DNA of 64,000 nt, taken from contig CAZDDV010000002.1 in the NCBI GenBank assembly GCA_964504275.1, positions 12,822 to 76,821 of the forward strand, given 5' to 3'. A program made the translations under genes and the position numbers. The notes beneath the pieces are model-generated. The model saw nothing but the letters and a program-made list of their open reading frames with translations. It was not told the origin of the DNA and did no database searches. This DNA comes from an uncultured Candidatus Saccharibacteria bacterium. GTDB taxonomy: Bacteria; Patescibacteriota; Saccharimonadia; Saccharimonadales; JAGQNJ01. Of the stretch, positions 55,937 to 64,000 are shown in pieces (the first letter of the stretch is position 1; each line of letters opens with the position of its first letter).

Positions 55937-56542
55937 ATGCACGAACAGCCCAAAATCCATAAAACAGCCGACCAAGGCCGTAGCCACTTATCGGCAACCG
56001 GTAAGCGCTTTTTTGGATTGATAGAATTTGATGACAGTGAAGAGCTATTACTCGAAATTCGCAAGCACCCATTCGGCCTATTTATAATCGTTCTCGGTGG
56101 TGCGTTAATTTCGATAACAGTTTTGTTGTCTTCGTTGGGGCTGGCTGCAAGTGGAGTTTTGGCCGAGGTAGATATTACGGGTGCCGAACAATTTTTGGCC
56201 CTGATTGGTTTTGTGCTTTCGGTGCTCACTTTTGTAGTGACATTTGTTTACGCATATTTGTATCAAAGCAACGTCGTGTATATCACTAACGAAAAAGTTG
56301 CCCAAGTTTTATACATCACACTTTTTAACCGCAAGATTTCACAGCTTAATATCGGTGATGTCCAAGATGTAACCGTTACACAAAAAGGTATTTTTGCTCA
56401 CGCATTTAACTACGGAACATTAGTAATCGAAACAGCTGGTGAGCAACAAAACTACAGTTTTAGTTTTGTGCCAAATCCGTATATGGTGTCAAAAGTGATT
56501 ATTGTGGCGCACGAAGTAAACCTCAAGCAATACGGAAACTAA
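55937..56542 (+). CDS. bacterial PH-domain (YdbT/DUF304-like) membrane protein
   Basis: 201 aa from the ATG at 55937, with LLLEIRKHPFGLF followed by two TM helices. Confidence 0.6.
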   Translation: MHEQPKIHKTADQGRSHLSATGKRFFGLIEFDDSEELLLEIRKHPFGLFIIVLGGALISITVLLSSLGLAASGVLAEVDITGAEQFLALIGFVLSVLTFVVTFVYAYLYQSNVVYITNEKVAQVLYITLFNRKISQLNIGDVQDVTVTQKGIFAHAFNYGTLVIETAGEQQNYSFSFVPNPYMVSKVIIVAHEVNLKQYGN

Positions 56543-56579
56543 AACTAACCAAAACTACATATCCGAACTTTTGTACTAA

Positions 56580-57038
56580 CTAGTTAAAACTTTTTTGTAC
56601 GTACACCCCACCGCCTTCGTATGTTGCGGTTAGTGTATAGCTTTCACACAATTTTTCTTTTGAGTTGTCGCAGCCATCTGGCGTTACTTGATATGAATAC
56701 GCGCCCGGAGCAGGTTCTGCAACAAGTACGCCGTCTTCGCCTTTTGGATCTTGCAGCATTGCTTGGCTAAGTCCGCGTAAGTTTTCGGCTCGCCAGCCTT
56801 CAAAACCGGCTAACTCGTTAACTTGTGCGAGCGACGGATAGTGATCTTTCTGGCCATAGTAGTATTCTACTCGGTTGTGGATTTCTTTTACTTCGGCTTC
56901 GCGGTTGCGGTTTCTGTCATTGCGTTGAATATCACCCAAGGTTGTAATAATAAGCGTTGCCAAAATACCAATGACAATAATGACAATCAACAGTTCGATA
57001 ATTGTAAAACCTTGATTTTCCTGTTTTAGCGAGATCAT
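56580..57038 (-). CDS. type IV pilin (PilA-like)
   Basis: MISLKQENQGFTIIELLIVIIVIGILA. A GGAAGGTGG RBS sits before the ATG at 57038. Confidence 0.8.
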   Translation of the reverse strand: MISLKQENQGFTIIELLIVIIVIGILATLIITTLGDIQRNDRNRNREAEVKEIHNRVEYYYGQKDHYPSLAQVNELAGFEGWRAENLRGLSQAMLQDPKGEDGVLVAEPAPGAYSYQVTPDGCDNSKEKLCESYTLTATYEGGGVYVQKSFN

Positions 57039-57310
57039 GTAATCCACCTTCCGTGAAATGTGCGTGCTGACTATATTTGTAGTCTTGCTACACGCGCCCT
57101 ATCTAACAAATCTGTACATAATATATAGCCTTAAGCATGAAGCGGTCAAGTAGTAACTGTGTTTGCGGGGTGAGCGAACTTGTCCAAGATTGCCTAATTT
57201 TAACGTAGCAATTAGTACTACGCAAAATAGGCGCATCAAGGACTGCCAGATGTGCAGGCATGATATACTTGGACCACACAATCACCGGGTGAGGAGTGGA
57301 GGAAAACTAT

Positions 57311-58363
57311 ATGGCGAGCGCGAAAAAATCTGCAAAAGCAGATAAATCTGAAATTATTGATACAAGCGAGGCAACTGGCAAAGACAAGGCTTTGGGCTTA
57401 GCGCTTGACCAAATTGAAAAGCAGTTTGGCAAAGGTTCGATTATGAAACTTGGCGAATCCACGCACGCAAATGTCGAGACCGTTTCGACTGGAGCGATTT
57501 CATTGGACATGGCGCTGGGCGGCGGTTTGCCAAAAGGCCGCATTATCGAAGTTTACGGTCCGGAATCTTCTGGTAAAACGACGCTGACACTGCACGCAAT
57601 TGCCGAAATTCAAAAAAACGGCGGCACGGCTGCATTTATTGATGCCGAGCATGCGCTTGATCCGCAGTACGCCAAACGCATTGGTGTAAAAGTCGAGAAT
57701 TTATTACTAAGCCAACCAGACAACGGCGAGCAAGCGCTGGAAATCGTCGAGACTTTGGTACGATCAAACGCCGTAGATTTAATTGTCGTAGACTCTGTTG
57801 CGGCACTAGTACCACGAGCCGAAATCGAAGGCGACATGGGTGATTCGCACATGGGTTTGCAAGCGCGACTAATGAGCCAGGCGCTTCGAAAACTCGCCGG
57901 AGTTATTAACCGCTCTAACGCTACAATTATTTTTATTAACCAAATTCGTATGAAAATCGGTGTGATGTTTGGCAACCCAGAAACCACAACTGGTGGAAAC
58001 GCCCTGAAGTTTTACGCGTCAGTCCGCATGGATATTCGCCGCATCGGGCAAATCAAAGCTGGCGACGAAATCATCGGCAACCGAACTCGCGTCAAAGTTG
58101 TAAAAAACAAAATTGCGCCGCCGTTTAGGCAAGCCGAATTCGACATTATGTACAACCAAGGCATCAGCATGTCGGGCGACGTTTTGGATCTTGCCGCCGA
58201 AGCCGGCGTCGTAGAAAAAGCCGGTGCGTGGTACGCATACAATGAAGAAAAAATTGGCCAAGGCCGCGAAGCCGCCAAAAAATACCTCGAGGAAAATCCA
58301 AAAGTCTTAACCGAAATCACCAAAAAAGTCCTCTCGGCCGAAAAAACCAAAAAAGAGGACTAG
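57311..58363 (+). CDS. recA: recombinase RecA
   Basis: 350 aa from the ATG at 57311, with [10 protein letters not shown] and a GAGGAGTGGAGG RBS. Confidence 0.97.
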   Translation: MASAKKSAKADKSEIIDTSEATGKDKALGLALDQIEKQFGKGSIMKLGESTHANVETVSTGAISLDMALGGGLPKGRIIEVYGPESSGKTTLTLHAIAEIQKNGGTAAFIDAEHALDPQYAKRIGVKVENLLLSQPDNGEQALEIVETLVRSNAVDLIVVDSVAALVPRAEIEGDMGDSHMGLQARLMSQALRKLAGVINRSNATIIFINQIRMKIGVMFGNPETTTGGNALKFYASVRMDIRRIGQIKAGDEIIGNRTRVKVVKNKIAPPFRQAEFDIMYNQGISMSGDVLDLAAEAGVVEKAGAWYAYNEEKIGQGREAAKKYLEENPKVLTEITKKVLSAEKTKKED

Positions 58364-58365
58364 TA

Positions 58366-58944
58366 ATGAAACGAGCGGTTATTTTGCATGGGACTGGTGG
58401 GGGTCCAGATCAAATCTGGCAGCCTTGGGTAAAAAAGCAACTTGATGATGCGGGTTATGAAGTTTTTGCTCCAGTACTGCCAAGCAATGATCGTCCGAAA
58501 AGAGCCACTTACGACAAGTTTTTACATGAATCTGGATGGGATTTTTCGGACAACATTTTGATTGGGTATTCCTCTGGTGCTACGACGGTTTTAAATTTAC
58601 TTATGGCCGATTGGTTCCCAAAAGTTAAAGCCGCTGTTTTGGTTGGGGCTTTTTTGAACGAAAAATTAACCGAGCATTTGAGCGATTTTCCTCGAGACCT
58701 TTTTAACGAACTTTTTCTAAAAGATTACGATCCCGCAAAACTCAAGCAAAAATCTGAAGCGTTTTATTTCATTCATGGTGATAACGACCCATATTGCGAT
58801 ATCGAAGACGCAAAGGCTATGTGTCAAAAAGTTAATGGAAAATTTCTGATAATAAAAAACGGCCATCACCTTGGTGATACCTGGGGCAACAAAGAATTAC
58901 CACAGCTACTCGAGATGCTCGAGTACGATAAACTGTTAGCATGA
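58366..58944 (+). CDS. RBBP9/YdeN-like alpha/beta hydrolase
   Basis: 192 aa with AVILHGTGGGPDQIWQPW and a GYSSGA nucleophile elbow. Confidence 0.6.
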   Translation: MKRAVILHGTGGGPDQIWQPWVKKQLDDAGYEVFAPVLPSNDRPKRATYDKFLHESGWDFSDNILIGYSSGATTVLNLLMADWFPKVKAAVLVGAFLNEKLTEHLSDFPRDLFNELFLKDYDPAKLKQKSEAFYFIHGDNDPYCDIEDAKAMCQKVNGKFLIIKNGHHLGDTWGNKELPQLLEMLEYDKLLA

Positions 58945-59543
58945 AGCTTACGGATATTAAGCAGCAGGTTAAACGGCAAGATCGCTACTCGATTTTTGTT
59001 GATGGCAAATATGTGTTTAGTTTTTCTGAGAATGAGCTGCTGAATTTGCATCTAAAAATCGGGCAAGAATATACAGAGCAAAGTTTGGATGAGCTCAAAA
59101 AAAACGCTATCGAAGACAAAGCCTACATGCGCACACTCGATATGTTAATGCGCCGCAGCCGCTCTGAGTGGGAACTGCGCGACTATTTAAAACGAAAAGA
59201 TTATGAACAAGACGTGACAGAAAAAACTATCGCTCGGCTCGTTCGTGCTGGTTTTGTTGACGATAAAAAGTTTGCTACCGCGTGGGTCGAAAACCGCCGA
59301 CTGCTAAAAGCAACTTCAAAGCGAAAACTCCAAATGGAACTAAAACAAAAACGCATTGACAGCCAAATAATCGACCAGGTTTTGAGCGAAGACGAAACCG
59401 ACGAGCGCGATGTACTAAAAGATTTAATCGCCAAAAAATCCCAGCAAACTCGCTACCAAGACCCACAAAAACTAATGGCGTATCTAATGCGGCAGGGTTT
59501 TAATTATCAAGACGTCAAAGACACACTTGAAAACCATGAGTAA
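58941..59543 (+). CDS. recX: RecA regulator RecX
   Basis: 200 aa with a three-repeat helical pattern. It lies downstream of recA. Confidence 0.8.
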   Translation: MKLTDIKQQVKRQDRYSIFVDGKYVFSFSENELLNLHLKIGQEYTEQSLDELKKNAIEDKAYMRTLDMLMRRSRSEWELRDYLKRKDYEQDVTEKTIARLVRAGFVDDKKFATAWVENRRLLKATSKRKLQMELKQKRIDSQIIDQVLSEDETDERDVLKDLIAKKSQQTRYQDPQKLMAYLMRQGFNYQDVKDTLENHE

Positions 59544-59925
59544 ACGGATTCCACGCGAAGGCGGTGAGGGCTTAATCTCGCGCCAAAGTGAGATTAAGAA
59601 GCTGGTGGAAGCGTCACCAGCACATCTCGAAACGTTGCGATATCAAGCCGCTTACGAACTCGGGCGACTGATTATTGATACATCGCTGCGTGAAAAATTG
59701 CGACACCCACATAGATACTGGCGCTATAAACGCACGCAAGTAGGAGCGGCGCGAGAATTTACTGTGGCAATTGGTATCGCCGAAGAATATCTGGACTCAC
59801 AACAAATTTCACAAACAGTTACTGAGCCGGCATTGGAGCAGGCGCCGCAACCGAGCCCCGAGCTGTTGACTCACGAACCACAATCTTTCGATCTGTTACC
59901 TCTACCACCTGCTGACGACCAATAA
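59527..59925 (+). CDS. hypothetical protein
   Basis: ORF only. Its 3' 107 nt overlap the convergent gene. Confidence 0.3.
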   Translation: MKTMSKRIPREGGEGLISRQSEIKKLVEASPAHLETLRYQAAYELGRLIIDTSLREKLRHPHRYWRYKRTQVGAAREFTVAIGIAEEYLDSQQISQTVTEPALEQAPQPSPELLTHEPQSFDLLPLPPADDQ

Positions 59926-60343
59926 TCCGTGTGCCGCCGCTGAGACTTTTAAACACTGATTCGCCAACATAAATTTTCTCTATAAAAAAACTGTCCTTTT
60001 CAAAGGCAAAATCGGTAACTTTGCCAACGCGTCTCTTGCCATCGGTGAACACGATTTTTCCGGGCAATTCAAAATTTATTTTCAAAACGTTCTCTAGCCG
60101 AACAAGTTCGTGCGCATCTGTGATGGCATCGTGATCATTGACTACAAAACCTTGCGGCAACACATCGCGGATATCTTGGCTGAGCAAAATGCCCCGTTTT
60201 TTGGTAAAGCGATCCTCGGCGTGCCAGCCCACAATCTTTAGATTATTTGGGTCAATAATGGGCGCAAAGGTTTGACCGATTGGTGATCCAGTACGCAAAC
60301 TCAAAATTGGCTTAACAGTAAATTGTTCCCCCAAATGCAACAT
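59819..60343 (-). CDS. PRC-barrel-like domain protein
   Basis: 174 aa. Two PRC-barrel-like halves (ILSLRTGSPIG..., VGKVTDFAFEKDSFFIEKIYV). Confidence 0.5.
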   Translation of the reverse strand: MLHLGEQFTVKPILSLRTGSPIGQTFAPIIDPNNLKIVGWHAEDRFTKKRGILLSQDIRDVLPQGFVVNDHDAITDAHELVRLENVLKINFELPGKIVFTDGKRRVGKVTDFAFEKDSFFIEKIYVGESVFKSLSGGTRIIGRQQVVEVTDRKIVVRESTARGSVAAPAPMPAQ

Positions 60344-60419
60344 ACATATGATTATAGCGCACGTGCTTAGCTGCGTGTAAATTTTGGGAATAGTTATTTA
60401 TTCGGTAGCATAGGTGTAG

Positions 60420-60878
60420 ATGAAAAAAGTATTCAAGACAACCAGTCACCAGCAAACAGAAGCTTTGGCAGCGAAAATTGGCGCCAACTTAAAAGGTGGC
60501 GAAACGATTGAGCTAGTCAGCGATGTTGGTGGCGGTAAAACGACGTTCGTGCGCGGGCTTGCCAAAGGCTCGGGCAGCAAAGACCACACATCGAGCCCAA
60601 GTTTTACGATTAGCAATCAGTACAAAACGCCAAATTTTGTGATTCATCATTTTGACTTTTACCGATTGCACAACGCCGGAATCGTGGAGCACGAATTGAA
60701 AGAAAAAGTTCAAGACACCAGCGACGTTGTGGCTGTAGAATGGTCCGATATCGTCGAGCACGTTTTGTCGGCGCAAAGACTCAGCGTACGCATAATTGCA
60801 ACAACAGAAACTGAGCGTGAACTTACGATAGACTGCGCGCCACAACTAGACTATCTGCTAAAGGATTTACCGCAATGA
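60420..60878 (+). CDS. tsaE: t6A biosynthesis ATPase TsaE
   Basis: 152 aa with the P-loop SDVGGGKTTFVRGLAKG. Confidence 0.85.
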   Translation: MKKVFKTTSHQQTEALAAKIGANLKGGETIELVSDVGGGKTTFVRGLAKGSGSKDHTSSPSFTISNQYKTPNFVIHHFDFYRLHNAGIVEHELKEKVQDTSDVVAVEWSDIVEHVLSAQRLSVRIIATTETERELTIDCAPQLDYLLKDLPQ

Positions 60879-61267
60879 TAATTCTTAGTATTCGCAGCGA
60901 TAACCCGCAAGCCGAAATTGGGTTGTTTGATGACAGTAAAAAACTAGCCTACGAAACGTGGCAAGCTCACCGCGAGCTTTCCAGCACAATCCATACAAAA
61001 ATCGAAAAGCTGCTAGCCGATCAAAACAAAGCTTGGCAAGACATAGAAGGAATTATTTGCTACAAAGGTCCGGGAAGTTTTACTGGTTTGCGGATTGGGA
61101 TCACGGTTGCAAACACCGTTGCAGCCGAGCTAAAAATTCCGATTGCGTCTTCGACTGGCGATGATTGGGCGGACTGCGCAATAGCCGATTTAGGGCGCGG
61201 AGCAAACGAAAAGCTAGCTTTGCCAGAGTACGGCGGCGAAATCCACATCACGCAGCAAAAGAAGTAG
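60875..61267 (+). CDS. tsaB: t6A biosynthesis protein TsaB, N-terminal-domain-only form
   Basis: 130 aa with YKGPGSFTGLRIGITVANTVAAEL. It is coupled to tsaE (ATGA). Confidence 0.7.
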   Translation: MIILSIRSDNPQAEIGLFDDSKKLAYETWQAHRELSSTIHTKIEKLLADQNKAWQDIEGIICYKGPGSFTGLRIGITVANTVAAELKIPIASSTGDDWADCAIADLGRGANEKLALPEYGGEIHITQQKK

Positions 61268-61457
61268 TACTTTTTTAGGCGCGTTTGATTTATAATTTTT
61301 GTAGGAACGAACAGCTTTTGGGAGCTAGCCGGGTCCACATAAGAATTTTTATTATTATTTCAAACGAACTTTTGAGCGATTAACTGCCAGCGACTAATGA
61401 AGTGAAAGTGATGTCGTAGCAGAGAATTTTCTCATACAAAAAGAGAAAGGACTACAC

Positions 61458-62975
61458 ATGGATCCAATTACCATCGTTGTAATGGGAGTTATTGGTATTG
61501 GCGTTGGATACGGCGCGAGTACAACAATCACCAAAAAGAAGCTCGGCTCAGCAGAGGCAGAAGCAAAAAAATCATTAGCAAATGCTAAAAAAGAGGCCGA
61601 CAAACAAATTTCTAAGGCTAAAGAAGAGGCCTTGCAAATTGCCGAAGACGCGCGCAAAGACGAGCAAAACCGTCGCCGCGAAGTCAAAGAAATTGAAAAA
61701 CGATTGTTGGATCGCCAAGAGGGCTTGGACAAAAAACTCGACCAGTTAGACAAACGCGCCGAAGCCGCCCGAAAAGGCGAAGAAGAAGTAGAAGAACTCA
61801 AAAACGAGATTCGTGCAATTCGCAGCAAGCAGCAAGAAAAGCTAGAAAAAATCGCTAAGCTTAGCAAACAAGATGCCGCCGAAAAACTCATGCAAATGAC
61901 CGAGCGAGACATCAGGGGCGATTTGCTCGGGCTGGTTAACAAACTGCAAAACGAAGCCAAAGATAACGCCGAAGAAAAAGCGGCGTACATTATTACGAGC
62001 GCGATGGAACGCATGGCCAGCGAAGTTACTGCTGAGCGAACCGTCACGAGCGTAAAACTCGAAGACGAAGAAATGAAAGGCCGAATTATCGGCAAAGAAG
62101 GCCGCAACATTCAAGCGCTACAAAAAGCGACTGGTGTCGACATCATGGTAGACGACACGCCTGGCTACATTGTGCTTTCAAGCTTTGATCCGATTCGCCG
62201 CGAAGTCGCGCGCCAAGCTTTGGAGATGCTACTAAAAGACGGCCGTGTACACCCAGGCCGCATCGAAGAAGTCGTAGAAAAAGCCCAGGCCATCGTACTA
62301 AAAGACGTCGTTCGGGCCGGTGAGGACGCTGCGCGCGAAGTTGGAATCATTGGCATTCCAAAAGAAGTTTTGCAATTACTTGGCGAATTAAAATACCGCA
62401 CTAGTTATGGCCAAAACGTTTTGAAGCACAGCACCGAAATGGCGCACATTGCTGGAATCATTGCCGAAGAAGTTGGCGCCAACGTAAAAACATCCAAGTA
62501 CGCCGCGCTGGTACATGATTTGGGCAAAGCATTGACGCACAAAATGGAAGGCAAACACCACCATATTTCTGGCGAAATGCTGCGTAAATACGGTGCTCCA
62601 GAAGAAGTCGCACTAGCCGCCGAACAGCATCACGACGACGTCGAGGCAACCACAACCGAAGCATTAATTGTGCGCGTGGTTGACGCCATGAGCGCTTCAC
62701 GACCAGGTGCGCGGAACATCTCGGCCGAGAACTTTATCGAGCGCATGAAAGATCTAGAAAACGTCGCCAACAGCTTTAAGGGAATCGAAAAATCCTACGC
62801 CATTTCTGCTGGGCGCGAAGTCCGCGTATTTGTTCGGCCAAAAGATATCGACGATTTAAGCGCCATTCGACTCGCTCGAGACATTGCCAACAAAATTGAA
62901 TCGACCATGCAGTTCCCAGGAACCATAAAAGTAAACGTCATCCGCGAAACCCGCGCGATCGAATTCGCGAAATAA
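61458..62975 (+). CDS. rny: ribonuclease Y
   Basis: 505 aa with an N-terminal TM helix, a Lys/Glu coiled coil, a KH domain (GRIIGKEGRNI) and an HD domain (LVHDLGK). Confidence 0.9.
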   Translation: MDPITIVVMGVIGIGVGYGASTTITKKKLGSAEAEAKKSLANAKKEADKQISKAKEEALQIAEDARKDEQNRRREVKEIEKRLLDRQEGLDKKLDQLDKRAEAARKGEEEVEELKNEIRAIRSKQQEKLEKIAKLSKQDAAEKLMQMTERDIRGDLLGLVNKLQNEAKDNAEEKAAYIITSAMERMASEVTAERTVTSVKLEDEEMKGRIIGKEGRNIQALQKATGVDIMVDDTPGYIVLSSFDPIRREVARQALEMLLKDGRVHPGRIEEVVEKAQAIVLKDVVRAGEDAAREVGIIGIPKEVLQLLGELKYRTSYGQNVLKHSTEMAHIAGIIAEEVGANVKTSKYAALVHDLGKALTHKMEGKHHHISGEMLRKYGAPEEVALAAEQHHDDVEATTTEALIVRVVDAMSASRPGARNISAENFIERMKDLENVANSFKGIEKSYAISAGREVRVFVRPKDIDDLSAIRLARDIANKIESTMQFPGTIKVNVIRETRAIEFAK

Positions 62976-63008
62976 TTCGTCAAGTAATTCACGGAGCATT
63001 ATAGCGAT

Positions 63009-63548
63009 ATGTCAAAGAAAATATTTGTTGTACGTCACGGAGAGAGCGAAGCAAATGCCGCGGGCTTAATGGCAGGCACCTACGACACCCCGCTCACTAA
63101 ATCTGGACACGCTCAAACTAAAAAGGCTGGTACAGATTTGAAAGGTGAAGGGATAGAGTTGGTGGTTTGTTCGCCACTAACCCGCACCCGTCAAACTGCA
63201 GCAAACATTGCCCGAGAAGTTGGCTATGACCCAGATAAAATCGTAGAGAACGAGCTTTTCATTGAACGAAACTTTGGCCCGTACGAAGGCCGGGACTATC
63301 AGGAGTATCTTGCTCACCACGATGCCGGAAAGCTAGAAGACGGAGTTGAGGAAATTGCAGATTTGCATGCGCGCGTTGTGCGTGGTTTTGATTGGTTGCG
63401 GAGTCGCCCAGAAAAAGTAATCGTTGTCGCAAGTCATGGTTCGACAGGACGAATGGTAAAGATTGTGGCTCGCGAAATGCCGCACAGTGATTTTCATTTG
63501 ATCGAGCGCATCGGTAACGCCGAAGTTTTTGAATTCACCCTGGACTAG
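63009..63548 (+). CDS. histidine phosphatase (phosphoglycerate-mutase-like) family protein
   Basis: 179 aa with VVRHGESEANA. Confidence 0.8.
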   Translation: MSKKIFVVRHGESEANAAGLMAGTYDTPLTKSGHAQTKKAGTDLKGEGIELVVCSPLTRTRQTAANIAREVGYDPDKIVENELFIERNFGPYEGRDYQEYLAHHDAGKLEDGVEEIADLHARVVRGFDWLRSRPEKVIVVASHGSTGRMVKIVAREMPHSDFHLIERIGNAEVFEFTLD

Positions 63549-63718
63549 CTTTTTACAGAGTAATCGTTTATACTTTCCCCTGTTCGAGTTTCTTAAAAAT
63601 CAGAAACCAAGACTTGTCTGTTTATGATTTTTGAAGGAGCAGTCGACAAAGATTGCAGCTTGGCAAAATAGATTTATCTACTTTTGGCACAGCGGAAGTC
63701 GGTGTCGCACTGCGACGC

Positions 63719-63795
63719 CGGGGTGTAGCTCAGTTGGCTAGAGTGCGCGGTTTGGGACCGTGAGGTCGAAGGTTCGAGTCCTTTCACCCCGACCA
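63719..63795 (+). tRNA. tRNA-Pro (UGG)
   Basis: Folds as CGGGGTG-TA-GCTC-AGTTGGCTA-GAGT-G-CGCGG-TTTGGGA-CCGTG-AGGTC-GAAGG-TTCGAGT-CCTTT-CACCCCG-A-CCA. Confidence 0.9.
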
Positions 63796-63810
63796 AGAGA
63801 AACTTTTGAT

Positions 63811-63840
63811 AAATCCACCATCAAATCGTATGGTGGATTT
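63811..63840 (+). terminator. hairpin after tRNA-Pro
   Basis: 11-bp stem AAATCCACCAT/ATGGTGGATTT. The T-tract is weak. Confidence 0.4.
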
Positions 63841-64000
63841 AGCTTTATAACAGATATAACATCGTCACCAGCTCGTAGGTTCAACACTAGTTCCTGATAG
63901 ACAGTGTCTTCTTCAATCAAATCAGTCGTTTTTAGTAGTGTTTCCAGATACGACCTGACTAGTTCAACAAATTGCTGGCGTGTCGGTAATCCCTCATCAA

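Noticed and set aside
61394-62110. A 238-aa minus-strand ORF.
   Set aside because: It lies exactly antisense to the Lys/Glu-rich coiled-coil region of rny. Its Ser/Phe/Leu-rich, low-complexity translation is the usual mirror artefact.
63738-64000. A minus-strand open frame entering from the right edge of the window (..PTRQQFVELVRSYLETLLKTTDLIEEDTVYQ..), checked as a possible integrase next to tRNA-Pro.
   Set aside because: Its last 58 nt would overlap tRNA-Pro on the opposite strand and run through the terminator hairpin. It has no integrase motifs. It is incomplete, so no call is made.
1-64000. CRISPR arrays, rRNA genes, transposases or integrases, and recognisable defence systems.
   Set aside because: I found no regularly spaced direct repeats, no rRNA-like sequence, no DDE or tyrosine-recombinase motifs in any ORF, and no restriction, toxin-antitoxin or abortive-infection signatures.

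Overview
This is 64 kb of densely packed bacterial chromosome, about 42-48 % G+C on the 60-nt lines I counted by hand. Most of it is housekeeping. It carries hrcA-grpE-dnaK-dnaJ behind two tandem CIRCE operators, plus ftsH, lepA, murJ, tilS, prs and rny. It also has the t6A genes tsaC, tsaE and a short tsaB, and a DNA-uptake and recombination stretch (comEC, yebC, ruvCAB, a type IV pilin, recA, recX). A de novo pyrimidine set is split into pyrF-pyrE and pyrB-pyrD-pyrC, and there are five tRNAs: three with CAU anticodons, Lys-UUU and Pro-UGG. The small genes, pilins, ComEC and minimal TsaB resemble reduced-genome Patescibacteria/CPR (Saccharibacteria-like) organisms; this placement is an inference, not a demonstrated one. 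Six things stand out. (1) At 40.4-45.7 kb, RimK and a second ATP-grasp ligase sit with a RimB-like aspartic protease, a DUF1704/MATCAP-like metallocarboxypeptidase and a GGDEF cyclase, which may form a reversible C-terminal peptide-tailing system tuned by c-di-GMP. (2) A roughly 1.8-kb high-GC island (12.5-14.3 kb) holds decayed flanks and one intact ORF resembling an actinobacterial or phage tail fibre. (3) A hairpin-dense 480-nt non-coding block lies next to tRNA-fMet, and exact 19-nt tRNA-end duplications flank two tRNAs. (4) pyrD is frameshifted, and a DMT transporter carries an in-frame TAG. (5) A secreted CSLREA/beta-helix protein is paired with a 97-aa protein that has an LAxTG wall anchor. 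(6) A double lamin-tail-domain surface protein with five Cys-bracketed RNPxTNRC repeats is inserted between yebC and ruvC. All family calls rest on motif recognition by eye, and no searches were run.
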